A stretch of 64,000 bases of DNA from Pedosphaera sp. (lineage in GTDB: Bacteria; Verrucomicrobiota; Verrucomicrobiia; Limisphaerales; SIBH01), in NCBI GenBank assembly GCA_031414955.1, contig JANOQV010000164.1, positions 14,698 through 78,697 on the forward strand, read 5' to 3'. Both the position numbers and the translations under genes were made by a program. Positions 53,023 to 63,730 of the stretch are shown here, in pieces; position 1 is the first letter of the stretch, and every line of letters begins with the position of its first letter. The notes below the pieces were generated by a model that saw nothing but the letters and a program-made list of their open reading frames with translations, did not search any database and was not told the DNA's origin.

Positions 53023-53724
53023 TCAGAGGAGGACGACGAGGGAGAGCGCCGCGACGTAGCCCGCCGCCAGCAAGTCGTCCACGGTCACGCCCCAACCGCC
53101 GGGCAGGCGCTGAATTTGGCGGATGGGCCACGGCTTCCAGATGTCAAACACACGGAAGAGCACGACCAGTCCGAGCGTCAGCCAGAGGGCACGACCGGTG
53201 AAGAAGAACTCCACGGAGGGCAGTGCGCCGTGCGTGATCCACTCGCTCGCGACCCAAGGCAGAAAGCAAAACGGGATGGCGATGATTTCATCCAGCACCA
53301 CGGAGCCGGGGTCGGTCTCGCCGAGGATTTTCTCCGCGTCGTCGCAGAGCCAGATGGAGAAGGCGATGCCTTCGATGGCGCCGGCGAGGTAGGCCCAGAA
53401 GCTTCCGGTGGCGATGAGCATGGCAAACCAGACCAGGCCGAGGAAGGAGCCAAAAGTGCCGGGCGCAAAGGGGATTCGTCCGACGCCCAGTCCTTGCGCG
53501 ACGATCAGCCGGACGCTGAAAGTTGATTTGGGTTCGTCGGAATCCCGATTGGCCGCCGCGCGGATTTCCCGCGTCACTTCGTCCGTCGCCTTGAGGAATT
53601 CCCTCATGCCTTTCCCCAAGCCATTAAGCAGATCGGGCAGTTTTTTTGCGCCGAACAAAATCAAGATCACCGCGAGCAGCAGAAGCACTTCCCAGCCACC
53701 GATGAATGCCGCGAAGATCATCAC
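53023..53724 (-). CDS. pgpA: TatA-like domain fused to phosphatidylglycerophosphatase A
   Basis: N-terminal GGWEVLLLLAVILILFGAKKLPDL..GLGKGMREFLKA (TatA/E); then GVGRIPFAPGTFGS, DPGSVVLDEI, FRVFDIWKPWP, GGWGVTVDDLLA (PgpA). Confidence 0.85.
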   Translation of the reverse strand: MMIFAAFIGGWEVLLLLAVILILFGAKKLPDLLNGLGKGMREFLKATDEVTREIRAAANRDSDEPKSTFSVRLIVAQGLGVGRIPFAPGTFGSFLGLVWFAMLIATGSFWAYLAGAIEGIAFSIWLCDDAEKILGETDPGSVVLDEIIAIPFCFLPWVASEWITHGALPSVEFFFTGRALWLTLGLVVLFRVFDIWKPWPIRQIQRLPGGWGVTVDDLLAAGYVAALSLVVLL

Positions 53725-53736
53725 AACCCGGAGGAT

Positions 53737-54327
53737 TCAGGTTTCGTCGAGGTAGATGGCGCGGTTGCGCCAGAGATACATCATGCCGGAGAAAATAGTC
53801 AGGCCGACCGCGAGCCATTTCCAGAAGCCAGCGAACCACCAGATCCACGGTTGTCCGGCGGCTTCGAAGGCGAAGAGTTTGCCGAAGGCGCCCCATTGCG
53901 GGTGCGCCATCAGCACGAGGATGCTGATGATGGTCACGAGTTGGGAAATGGTCTTGTGTTTGCCGAAGCTCTCGGCCGCCAGCACGCGGTTCTTCGAGAC
54001 CGCCAGCAAGCGCAATCCGGTGATGGCGAGCTCCCGGCCGACGATGATGACCACCATCCACGCCTCCACGTAGCGGAACTCCACGAAGGCGATGAAGGCC
54101 GAGCAGACGAGAATCTTGTCCGCCAATGGGTCCATCAAAATTCCGAAGTTGGTGATGAGCTTGCGCCGTCGCGCGATCTCGCCGTCAAGGAAATCGGTGA
54201 TGGCCCCGGTGCTGAAGAAGACCAGCGCCCAGGTTTCATTGAAGGGAATGCGCTCCCAGAAGAAGGCCACGAGAAACGCCGCCGTGAAGCCGAAGCGCGA
54301 GACCGTGAGCTTGTTGGGCAGGTTCAT
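53737..54327 (-). CDS. pgsA: CDP-diacylglycerol--glycerol-3-phosphate 3-phosphatidyltransferase
   Basis: MNLPNKLTVSR, TDFLDGEIARR...TNFGILMDPLADK. Confidence 0.95.
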   Translation of the reverse strand: MNLPNKLTVSRFGFTAAFLVAFFWERIPFNETWALVFFSTGAITDFLDGEIARRRKLITNFGILMDPLADKILVCSAFIAFVEFRYVEAWMVVIIVGRELAITGLRLLAVSKNRVLAAESFGKHKTISQLVTIISILVLMAHPQWGAFGKLFAFEAAGQPWIWWFAGFWKWLAVGLTIFSGMMYLWRNRAIYLDET

Positions 54328-56003
54328 GACTTCACCGTGCTGGCAATCAAATCGTAATCAGTGTGCCCGTCGATGCGCACGCTCGCGAATTCCCCGCGCG
54401 CCAACTGGCCGCGGATGTAAACCCGCCCGTCGATGTCGGGCGCATCGGCCTCGCCCCGGGCGATGAGGTAGCGTCCCTTGAGCTGCGCGGTGGCGTCGTC
54501 GCTCTCGCGAATCAGCCCATGCTCCCAGGAACTGATGTTGGCCTTCTTCAATTCCTTCGCGCTGGCCTCGCCTTCCACGAGCACGCGCAGAGTGCGGCCG
54601 ACGAAGGACTCGGACACGGCGCGCGCCACCTGGTGCTGCGCGGACATGGCTTGCTCGCGGCGCTTCTGTTTCAACTTGTCGCTGATCTGTTGCTCCATGT
54701 TGGCCGCGCGGGTGCCGTCTTCCTTCGAGTAGCTGAAGACGCCGAGCCTTTCGAACTTCGTCGCGCGGATAAATTCCAGCAGCGTCTCGAAACATTCTTC
54801 CGTCTCGCCGGGGAAGCCCACGATGAAGGTCGTGCGCAGCGCGATGCCGGGAACGCCGGCGCGAATCTTCGCGATCAAGTCCACGATGTATTGCTGCGAG
54901 GTCTCGCGTCTCATGCGTTCGAGCATGTTGCCGTGGATGTGCTGCAACGGCATGTCCACGTAGCGCGCCACCTTGGGGCATTCAGCGATGGTGCGGATCA
55001 ATTCGTCCGTCCAGTGCGCGGGATGGGTGTAGAGCAGCCTGATCCAGAAATCGCCCGCGATGGAATTCAGCTCGCGCAACAAGGTGCAGAGCGAAGTCGC
55101 GTCGGCCCCGAGTGATTTCGCGGCGGCGGAGAACTTCTCCGGCGAGGAAATGGCCCGGCTGTGATTGGCCCGCAGGTCCAGCCCGTAGTAAGTCGAGTCC
55201 TGCGAGATCAAATTGATCTCCTTCACGCCGTCCGCGACGAGTTGGCGGACTTCCTTGACGATGTCCGCCTGTTGCCGGGACCGATGGGTGCCGCGCATTC
55301 TCGGGATGATGCAGAAGCTGCACGGATGGTTGCAGCCTTCGGCAATCTTCACGTAGGCGAAGTGCTTGGGCGTGAGGCGAAAGCGGGGCGTGTCGAAGTC
55401 GGGGATGAAAATCGGGCGCGCATTGACCTCGACCAATGGGGTCTGGGACGGTTTGAGGACGGCTCTGGTTTGGCCGAACTTATCCGTGCCCCGCAACTGC
55501 TCCTCATGGTCATGGGAATGCGGCGCGGATTTGTCCAACGCCGCGAGCCGAGCTTTGACCTTGGACTTTGCACCTTGGGTCTTGGACTCCCCGCCCGGAC
55601 TTTGAACTTTGAACGCCCGCCGCGCGATGGCCTGTTCCACAATCGCGCCGACTTGCGCCACTTGATCAATGCCCATGAAGGCATCGACCTCGGGCAGGAG
55701 CTTGGGCAACTCGTCGCGGAAGCGCTGGGGCAGACAGCCGGACACGATCAGAGCCTGGCCGCGATTGTTCGCCTCACGGACCTCGTTGGATTCGAGAATG
55801 GAATCGATGCTCTCCTCCTGCGCTGAGTCGATGAACGAGCAGGTGTTGACGATTAAGGCGTCGGCACTGGCCGCGTCGTTGGTGATCTCGACGCCGCCTT
55901 TGAGCAGCGAGCCAAGCATAATCTCGGCATCGACCAGGTTCTTGGCGCAGCCGAGCGAGATCACGCCCACACGCCGGGGCTGCTGTTCAGTTTTCCGACT
56001 CAT
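54324..56003 (-). CDS. rimO: Ribosomal protein S12 methylthiotransferase, with insertions
   Basis: SLGCAKNLVDAE, NTCSFI, GCLPQR, KIAEGCNHPCSFCIIP, RTTFIVGFPGET, DAPDIDG. Confidence 0.95.
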   Translation of the reverse strand: MSRKTEQQPRRVGVISLGCAKNLVDAEIMLGSLLKGGVEITNDAASADALIVNTCSFIDSAQEESIDSILESNEVREANNRGQALIVSGCLPQRFRDELPKLLPEVDAFMGIDQVAQVGAIVEQAIARRAFKVQSPGGESKTQGAKSKVKARLAALDKSAPHSHDHEEQLRGTDKFGQTRAVLKPSQTPLVEVNARPIFIPDFDTPRFRLTPKHFAYVKIAEGCNHPCSFCIIPRMRGTHRSRQQADIVKEVRQLVADGVKEINLISQDSTYYGLDLRANHSRAISSPEKFSAAAKSLGADATSLCTLLRELNSIAGDFWIRLLYTHPAHWTDELIRTIAECPKVARYVDMPLQHIHGNMLERMRRETSQQYIVDLIAKIRAGVPGIALRTTFIVGFPGETEECFETLLEFIRATKFERLGVFSYSKEDGTRAANMEQQISDKLKQKRREQAMSAQHQVARAVSESFVGRTLRVLVEGEASAKELKKANISSWEHGLIRESDDATAQLKGRYLIARGEADAPDIDGRVYIRGQLARGEFASVRIDGHTDYDLIASTVKS

Positions 56004-56080
56004 TAGAGGGCGGGGAAATTACGAGGAGCAGCACAGAAACCAAACAACAAACTCGCACAAACATTCCGGACATCCGGCCA

Positions 56081-56611
56081 TCATTTCCCGTTCGGCGCGA
56101 CCGGCCGGGGGTTGGTCGCACCGTGGGCCGGAAACGGAAGGAGTTCTCCGCTTGGCACCGCGGGTTGATAGAGGCCCGGCCCCAGTTTTTGCAATGGATC
56201 AGCGGATTCGTGATTCTTCCAGGCGCGATAAGACGTGACCACGAGCAAGGCCATCAGCGCGAGAGCGATCACGACGGCGGCGATGCTCCAATTCACCCGG
56301 GAGAGGAACAACATAAGGCTGTCCAGTGCGCTCTTGGGCCTGGTGGGTGCGAGCGGATCAGCGGCGAATTTTTTAGAGGAGGCCAGTTCCTCGTCGAGTT
56401 GGCAAACCAGTTTTCCAGAGTCGAGCTTCAGCAGCCGGGCATAGGTGCGGAGCGAGCCGCGCACGTACACGGGCGCGGAGAAGTAATCATAGTTCCCCTG
56501 CTCCAGCGCCCGAACCTGGTCGGTCTTGAGTTTGGTGGCCTCCGCGACCTGATGGACGTCGAGCTTCAAGGCTTCGCGGCCGTGGCGCAATTGTTCGGGG
56601 ACTGTCGGCAT
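56081..56611 (-). CDS. RodZ-like HTH membrane protein
   Basis: EQLRHGREA...VAEATKL...ALEQG..YVRGSLRTYARLLKLD plus TM helix; typical position upstream of rimO-pgsA. Confidence 0.8.
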   Translation of the reverse strand: MPTVPEQLRHGREALKLDVHQVAEATKLKTDQVRALEQGNYDYFSAPVYVRGSLRTYARLLKLDSGKLVCQLDEELASSKKFAADPLAPTRPKSALDSLMLFLSRVNWSIAAVVIALALMALLVVTSYRAWKNHESADPLQKLGPGLYQPAVPSGELLPFPAHGATNPRPVAPNGK

Positions 56612-56819
56612 CTTGGGATAGGACTAACCGAGGGCCGTGCGCGCTGGCAATCACGGAAAGCGGGCGGGTGCCATCAGGGCGCAACTGGCAGGTGCCGCCG
56701 TGTTCCTGCCACCACCGGCCCGGCGGGTGAAAAATCGTCGCTGAAGCGACCGTACTCCAAACGCGGCCGCACGCGGTATGAAGCTTCTGCCCTTGCGCGG
56801 AGCAAAGGCGAGAGATCGC

Positions 56820-57635
56820 TCAGGACTGGCCGAGCTTCTTGGATTTATCGCTCGCAGCCCGGACGGCGTTTATGAGGGCACCGCGGACTTTGCCGCGTTC
56901 CAATTCGTGCAAGCCGTCGATGGTGGTGCCGCCGGGGCTGGTCACCATGTCCTTGAGTTCACCGGGATGCTTCCCGGTTTCCAAAACCATCTTGGCCGCA
57001 CCGAGCAAAGTCTGGGCGGCGAGTTGGGTGGCAATCGTCCGGGGCAATCCTGCCGCCACGCCGCCGTCGCTCAACGCTTCGATCATCAGAAAGGCGTAGG
57101 CGGGGCCACTCCCGCTCAGACCGGTCACGGCATCCAGCAGAGACTCTTTCACCGCGAAGGCCAGGCCCACCGCGCCGAGCAGTTGCTGCGCGAGCGCGCC
57201 GTCCTCCTTCGTGGCGGCGGAGCCGAGCGCGTAACCCGAGGCACCCGCGCCGACCAGTGCCGGCGTGTTCGGCATCACGCGGATGACGCGGGCCTTGGGC
57301 GGCAATCCGGCTTCCAGTTTGGCCAAGGGGATGCCCGCCGCGATGGAGATGAGCAGGTGCTTCTCGGTGAAGAGCGGTTTGATTTCCGACAGCAAGCCCG
57401 ACACCTGGTCGGGCTTGACGGCCAGCACGATGACCGTGGCGAACTTCATGGCGTGCCGGTTGGAATCACTGACCGTGCCGCCCACCTCTTTGGCAAAGGC
57501 TGCACGCGCGCCCTCGGCGACGTCCGCCGCGATGATTTGTTTCGGGCCGGCGACGCTGGAGGCGACGAGGCCGCGGGCCAGCGCCGTGGCCATCTTACCC
57601 GCGCCCAGAAATCCGATTTTGAATGTGGCTGCCAT
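56820..57635 (-). CDS. proC: Pyrroline-5-carboxylate reductase
   Basis: GFLGAGKM, LAVKP, SIAAG, RVMPNTP, GLSGSGPAY, VTSPGGTT. Confidence 0.96.
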   Translation of the reverse strand: MAATFKIGFLGAGKMATALARGLVASSVAGPKQIIAADVAEGARAAFAKEVGGTVSDSNRHAMKFATVIVLAVKPDQVSGLLSEIKPLFTEKHLLISIAAGIPLAKLEAGLPPKARVIRVMPNTPALVGAGASGYALGSAATKEDGALAQQLLGAVGLAFAVKESLLDAVTGLSGSGPAYAFLMIEALSDGGVAAGLPRTIATQLAAQTLLGAAKMVLETGKHPGELKDMVTSPGGTTIDGLHELERGKVRGALINAVRAASDKSKKLGQS

Positions 57636-57756
57636 GCGCGGCTTTGTAGCAATTGACCGGGCGCGACGAAAGGCATTTCAAGGCGGGGCGAGAATCCGGC
57701 CTGGATTGCGCCGAAAAAATGGACTTGGCCCGAACGACCGCACTAGAATTTTCGCG

Positions 57757-60066
57757 ATGAACATGCCGCGCTGCTGCCTTGCCTTCGCGGGCCTGCTCTT
57801 CGCGCTCCGCCTGGTCACGGCCGGGAGCGCGGAGGAGGCGTTCACTTCGGCTTTCCTCTCAGAATTCCTGGCGGACAACCGGAGCGGCCAGAAGGACGAG
57901 ACCGGCGAGCGCGGCCCGTGGATCGAGTTGGGCAACACCAGCCGGAGTCCGGTGAATCTGGCCGGCTGGTTCCTCACCGACACGCCCACCAACCTGACCA
58001 AGTGGCGTTTCCCTGGCGTAGTGTTGCTGCCGGACAAATTCATGGTGGTGTTCGCCTCGGGGAAGGATCGCGCGCAGGATCTGGCCCACCTGCACACGAA
58101 TTTCCGGCTGCGCCCGGAAGGCGGCTATCTCGCGCTGGTGAGTCCCGCCACGAATCTCGTGAACGAACTGCGCTTCCCGGCGCAGCCGCCCAACGTCTCC
58201 TTCGGCAGCCTGCGCCACCCGCCGTCCTGGCGGGCGGCGTTTCCGCGCCCGACACCCGGCCGGCCCAACGCGGCCAGCGGTCCAGGCTTTGCGGAGTTGC
58301 CGAACTTCTCGCAGGCCAGTGGCACTTTCACCGAGGCGTTCACCCTCGCGCTGTCGAGTCCAACCACCGGTGCGATCATTCGCTACACGCTTGATGGATC
58401 GCTGCCCCACACCAACTCGCTCCCGTACGAAGCACCACTGCTCATCACCAACACGACGCATCTGCGCGCGCGGGTTTACCAGCCTGGACTGCTGCCCGGC
58501 CCGCCGCACAGCGAGGCGTACTTGAAGCTGTCCACCAACGTGCCGGGGTTCAACTCCACCCTGCCCTTGCTGGTCATGGAGACTTTCGGCCGGAACACGC
58601 CGGTCTCGACCCACGACTCGTTCGCGCACCTCTCCTTCTTCGAGCCGGTGCAGGGCCGGACTTCGCTCACCAATCCGCCCACGCTCACCGCGCGCGCCGG
58701 ATTCCACCAGCGCGGCTCCACCTCCGGCGGCATGCCGCAGGCCGGCTTCGCGCTGGACCTGGTCGATGAATTCAACGAACCGAAAGCGCGCGCACCGCTG
58801 GGGCTGCCGCCGGACACGGATTGGATTCTCTACGCGCCCAATAGCTACGACCCGGTGCTGCTCCACAATCCGTTCATCCATCAACTGAGCCGGGATCTGG
58901 GCCGTTACTCGCCGCGCACGCGCTTCGTGGAAGTCTTCCTGGTGCGCGGAGCCGGGGCCGTGCGCGAGACGCATTACCAAGGCCTCTACGTGCTGGAGGA
59001 GAAGATCAAGATCAGCGAAGACCGCGTGAACATCGACCGACTGGGCGGCGACGACCTCACGCCGCCCCGGGTGACCGGAGGCTACATGCTGAAGTTTGAT
59101 CGGGTCGGTCCGGGCGAGTCCGGCTTCGCCGCGTCCGGCGATCGCGGCCTGGTCCATGTGGAGCCGAAGGAGCAAACCATCCTGCTGCCGCAACGCGCCC
59201 CGCAGCGCGAGTTTCTGCAAAAATTCTTCGCGGACTTCGACGCGGCGTTGCATGGACCGAAGTGGAAAGATGCCACCGTCGGCTATCGCGCCTTCCTCGA
59301 TGTGGACGCAGCGATTGATTTTCACGTCCTCGAACTGTTGAGCGGCAACGTGGACGCGATGGTTCTGAGCACTTACTTCCACAAGCCGCGCGGCGGAAAA
59401 ATCATCTGCGGCCCGCACTGGGATTTCGACCGCGCCCTCGGCTCGCTCGATGCGCGCGACGAAAATCCGCGCGTCTGGGAAACCGGCCCCTTCTTCGGCG
59501 GCGCGTGGTGGCCGCGACTGTTCCGCGATCCGGATTTCTGGCAGGCGTGGGTGGATCGCTGGCAGGGATTGCGCGGCGATCACTTCTCGCTGACCAACAT
59601 GAACCGCCTCATCGACCAACTCGCGACGGAGATTCGCGAGGCGCAGCCGCGCCAATATGCGCGCTGGGACTTCCAGCCCCGCGGCGGTTCCTACGCCAGC
59701 GAGATCGTGCTGATGAAAAGCTGGCTCTCCAACCGCGTGGACTTCATCGACGGGCAACTGGCCCAACCACCGCGCTTCAATCAAGCGGGTGGCCGCGTGG
59801 CGAAGGATTTCCTCCTCACGCTCACCGCGCCGAACCTCTCCACCAACGGCGTCATCTACTACACGCTCGACGGCTTGGACCCGCGACTGCCGCAGGGCGC
59901 GATCTCCACCAACGCGCTTCGATACAGCACGCCGGTTCCCATCCGGTCAGCCGTGCGCATCACCGCCCGAGCCCACGATGCCGCGCGCCGCCAGGAAGGC
60001 GGACCGCCGTTGTCCACGCCGTGGTCAGCGCCCGTCACGGTGAGGTTTGAAATGGCGGCACCCTAA
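57757..60066 (+). CDS. Secreted CotH kinase family protein with lamin-tail and Fn3-associated domains
   Basis: Signal peptide; LSEFLADN...WIELGN..VNLAGWFLTD; IRYTLDGS.P; RGSTS, DWILYAP, FVEVF, YQGLYVLEEKIK, GPHWDFDRALG. Confidence 0.88.
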   Translation: MNMPRCCLAFAGLLFALRLVTAGSAEEAFTSAFLSEFLADNRSGQKDETGERGPWIELGNTSRSPVNLAGWFLTDTPTNLTKWRFPGVVLLPDKFMVVFASGKDRAQDLAHLHTNFRLRPEGGYLALVSPATNLVNELRFPAQPPNVSFGSLRHPPSWRAAFPRPTPGRPNAASGPGFAELPNFSQASGTFTEAFTLALSSPTTGAIIRYTLDGSLPHTNSLPYEAPLLITNTTHLRARVYQPGLLPGPPHSEAYLKLSTNVPGFNSTLPLLVMETFGRNTPVSTHDSFAHLSFFEPVQGRTSLTNPPTLTARAGFHQRGSTSGGMPQAGFALDLVDEFNEPKARAPLGLPPDTDWILYAPNSYDPVLLHNPFIHQLSRDLGRYSPRTRFVEVFLVRGAGAVRETHYQGLYVLEEKIKISEDRVNIDRLGGDDLTPPRVTGGYMLKFDRVGPGESGFAASGDRGLVHVEPKEQTILLPQRAPQREFLQKFFADFDAALHGPKWKDATVGYRAFLDVDAAIDFHVLELLSGNVDAMVLSTYFHKPRGGKIICGPHWDFDRALGSLDARDENPRVWETGPFFGGAWWPRLFRDPDFWQAWVDRWQGLRGDHFSLTNMNRLIDQLATEIREAQPRQYARWDFQPRGGSYASEIVLMKSWLSNRVDFIDGQLAQPPRFNQAGGRVAKDFLLTLTAPNLSTNGVIYYTLDGLDPRLPQGAISTNALRYSTPVPIRSAVRITARAHDAARRQEGGPPLSTPWSAPVTVRFEMAAP

Positions 60067-60609
60067 TCTGCGCGGCGGACGGAGAGCGAAGCTCCGACGA
60101 CGCGCTCCATGCGCCCGGCCAGTCGAAGCGCATGAAACGAGAGCGAATCAGCAGCGACCTGCGCCCGCTCCCCCCAGAATGGTGTGAACCTCAGCCCAAC
60201 GCCCGGCGGGCAGCCAAGGAAGTTCCTTATGAATACAGCGCACTCAATCCGATTATTCACGCTTCACCAGACTCCAAAGCCACGCCGCCACCCACCGGCC
60301 AACCACGTCCATTCTTTCGACTGGCGTTACAGGACCAGGCGATTGCCCGTGTGCAATCCCTGCTTCCTATTGAGCGCGGCACTCCTCATTTCGGCGTCCG
60401 TCGCGAACGCCCCGACCTCGTCGATGAATCAAGCCCACCGCCGCCGTGACTTTGGGGGTGCGACTCTTCGCCGGCGGCTTCACCCAGGCCTGGACGCGGC
60501 CACGCTGGGATTTGACGAGAGAGGGAGGAGGAAAAAATGGCGAAGAATGCCGGCCGATTCGCAGCCTCAAAAACCGCAACCGCAGGCACTGGAATAAGGG
60601 ACGCGCTGT

Positions 60610-61980
60610 TCAGCGCATCAACTGCTTTTCCAGAAAGCTGACGACCTGGCGGATGTTGGCATCGACTTCCATGCGGTCCTTCACCAGGCGGTAGGCGTGA
60701 AGCACGGTGCCGTGATCGCGTCCGCCGAAGCCCTCGCCGATGGTATTGAGCGAACTCTCGGTAAGCTGGCGCGCGAGGAACATGGCGATCTGGCGCGGGA
60801 AGGCGATGTTCTCCGGCCGGCGACGGCTGGTCATGTCCGCGAGCCGGATGTCGAAATGTTCGGCCACCTTTTTCTGGATGACCTCGATGGTGATGGTGTG
60901 GCGGCCTTCCTCCTGAAGAAGTTCACGCAGCAAACCCTCCACCCGCTCGACCGTCATCACAGTGTTGGTCAACGAAGCGTAGGAGGCGACACGGGTCAGC
61001 GCGCCTTCGAGCCGGCGGATGTTGGTGCGGATGCGCTGGGCGATGAAGTTGAGGACGTCCTCGGGCAGTTTCACGCCCATGGCCTTCTCCTTCTTGCGCA
61101 GAATGGCGACGCGGGTCTCCACGTCCGGCGGCTGAAGGTCCGTACACAGACCCCACTCGAACCGCGAGACGAGCCGTTGCTCAAGTCCCTGGATTTCATT
61201 GGGCGGACGGTCACAGGTCAGCACGATCTGTTTGTGGGCCTCGTGCAGCGCGTTGAAGGTGTGAAAGAATTCCTCCTGAATGCGCTCCTTGCCGGAAAGA
61301 AACTGGATGTCGTCGATGAGCAGCACGTCGGTCTGGCGATAGCGGCGGCGAAAACGGACGAGTTGGTTGTTCTGGATGCCGTCGATGAACTCGTTGGTGA
61401 ACTTCTCCGAGGAGACATAGGAGACCTTGGCCCCCTTCTTGTGCGCGGCGACATGCTGACCGATGGCGTGCAGCAGGTGCGTCTTGCCCAGGCCGACGCC
61501 GCCGTAGAGGAAGAGCGGGTTGTAGGATTTGCCTGGCGTCTGGGCCACGGCCATGGCCGCACCGTGAGCGAAGTTGTTGTTGGTGCCCACCACGAAGCTG
61601 TCGAAAGTGTTGCGCGGATTGAAAAGGAGGTCGCGCGCGGTCGCCCCCGCAGGGACGCGATCGACGACCGGCGGCTCGGGTTTTTCGTTGGTGCTGCGCA
61701 TCGGGTTTTCCGCAGCATTCGCCGACTGCGGACGGCCGACCTCCAGTTTGACTTTGATTGGGCGGCCGGAAATGAGGATCGCCTTTTCGCGGATCAGATC
61801 GAGATAATTTTTCTCGAGCCACACTTCGCAGAAGTCGTTCTCGACTTCGAGCGTGAGGCAATCGCGCTCCAGCGCCTTGGGACGGATGTTGGTGAACCAG
61901 AGTTTGTAGAGCTCCGGACTGACCAAAGACTGAATGGATTCCTGGACGGATCCCCAGATTTGTTGAGCGGCAGGTTGCAT
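60610..61980 (-). CDS. dnaA: Chromosomal replication initiator DnaA
   Basis: YNPLFLYGGVGLGKTHL, LLIDDIQF, QEEFFHTFN, RLVSRFEWG, GGRDHGTVLHA. Confidence 0.97.
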   Translation of the reverse strand: MQPAAQQIWGSVQESIQSLVSPELYKLWFTNIRPKALERDCLTLEVENDFCEVWLEKNYLDLIREKAILISGRPIKVKLEVGRPQSANAAENPMRSTNEKPEPPVVDRVPAGATARDLLFNPRNTFDSFVVGTNNNFAHGAAMAVAQTPGKSYNPLFLYGGVGLGKTHLLHAIGQHVAAHKKGAKVSYVSSEKFTNEFIDGIQNNQLVRFRRRYRQTDVLLIDDIQFLSGKERIQEEFFHTFNALHEAHKQIVLTCDRPPNEIQGLEQRLVSRFEWGLCTDLQPPDVETRVAILRKKEKAMGVKLPEDVLNFIAQRIRTNIRRLEGALTRVASYASLTNTVMTVERVEGLLRELLQEEGRHTITIEVIQKKVAEHFDIRLADMTSRRRPENIAFPRQIAMFLARQLTESSLNTIGEGFGGRDHGTVLHAYRLVKDRMEVDANIRQVVSFLEKQLMR

Positions 61981-62004
61981 GAAGGGAAAGGGTTTATTGC
62001 TGAT

Positions 62005-62308
62005 TTATTCACTGCCCGCCGGGAAGCGGTTTTCCACCGCTCCGGCAAGCATTTTTTCGGATCAAAATTTGAGGGAAGCGCCCGACCGGTCCGGCTCATC
62101 ACCAGGCCGACCTGCCTTTGACCCGGGCCGGACTCAAAAAAACCTTGAAAACAAAGGGTTTGCGACGGCTTTTGAGGCAAGCCGTCCCCCGCATTATTTA
62201 CAATGGTGTTGTTCATGAGCGCGCCCGAAGTCGCTGCCGAGATCTCTAAGGATTGGCCGATGGGGAGACCACAAGAATGTATTAACTTTTATTCCCAAGT
62301 TATTCACA
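62005..62308. promoter_or_regulatory. DnaA boxes upstream of dnaA (autoregulation, candidate oriC)
   Basis: TTATTCACA (62300-62308, matches TTWTNCACA); one-mismatch TTATTCCCA (62289-62297), TTATTCACT (62005-62013), TTTTCCACC (62030-62038); locally AT-rich. Confidence 0.6.
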
Positions 62309-62491
62309 TCAATTTTCGCCCCCAAAAACGGGGCGACGGGACGCCTCGACGGGGGAAAACCAGCCGCGCGGGAACGGCGGGCCTGTGAAGAACTAATGAC
62401 GGCTCAGTGTCAGCGGCGGGGCGGAAATTTGAACCCGGCCCGAATCACGCGATCCGAACCCACCCGATGAGCACTGGATCGGGGCTCCTCA

Positions 62492-62908
<417 letters not shown>

Positions 62909-63049
62909 TCAATGTCGCGAGCCGAATGCAGGAACCACGACCGACCAACATGGGCGCACCGCAGAATTCCCCTACTCTGGAGAGCAGTTTAAGGTTGAAC
63001 ATGGCTGGCAACACGCGGCGTCAAAACCTGTGTCGCAAGAGCCATCGGG

Positions 63050-63730
63050 ATGAAAAATAACATTTTACCGTGCAGCGCGTTCACGCTGATCGAGTTACTG
63101 GCGGTCATTGCCATCATCGCCCTCCTGGCGGCGCTGTTGCTACCAGCGTTGGCGAGGTCCGAGGCGAGAGCGCAACGCATCGCGTGCCTGAACAACCAAA
63201 AGCAGATCGGCCTTTCCCTCATCATGTGGGCGGGTGATCACGGCGAGAGGTTTCCCTCGACCGTTGATGTTGCGGAGGACGGGAGCAAGGCGCGGTTAGA
63301 GACTTGGGAGCACTTCATCACCATGCCCAACGAACTCGTCACTCCGAAAATCCTTCACTGCCCCAGTGACCGCGCGAAGCAAATCGCCAGCGATTTCTCC
63401 AGTGCAGCGACCGGGCTGCGCACCTTGAAGAACGCAGCCATCAGTTATGCGGTCGGGACGGGTGCCGGGCCGGAGCGACCGGCGGCGCATCTGGCCAGTG
63501 ATCGCAATCTGCTCGGAAGAGATGGCCAGGGCTGCGGACCTGCGGCGATCTTCGGATTCATCACTCAGCTCAGAGTCACCGACGATCCGCGCTGGGACGA
63601 CACCATGCACGTCAACGCTGGCAATATGGTTTTGGCTGACGGAAGCGCCCACCAATTCACCCAGACTGGCCTGGCCATGCAGATGGGGAGCACCGACGGC
63701 GATCCTATTGAGACTTGTACAATAGAGTGA
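63050..63730 (+). CDS. Prepilin-type H-X9-DG protein; last codons supplied by IS630 end
   Basis: [53 protein letters not shown]. Confidence 0.85.
   Translation: MKNNILPCSAFTLIELLAVIAIIALLAALLLPALARSEARAQRIACLNNQKQIGLSLIMWAGDHGERFPSTVDVAEDGSKARLETWEHFITMPNELVTPKILHCPSDRAKQIASDFSSAATGLRTLKNAAISYAVGTGAGPERPAAHLASDRNLLGRDGQGCGPAAIFGFITQLRVTDDPRWDDTMHVNAGNMVLADGSAHQFTQTGLAMQMGSTDGDPIETCTIE

Noticed and set aside
57265..57756. Upstream extension of the CotH ORF
   Set aside because: Overlaps proC antisense; the signal peptide begins at 57757.
60132..60597. Short ORFs or possible ncRNA between the CotH gene and dnaA
   Set aside because: One frame has a signal-like stretch (FLLSAALLISASVANA) but no recognisable domain, and no tRNA, tmRNA, SRP or RNase P motif was seen. 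It may be a gene remnant but cannot be supported.
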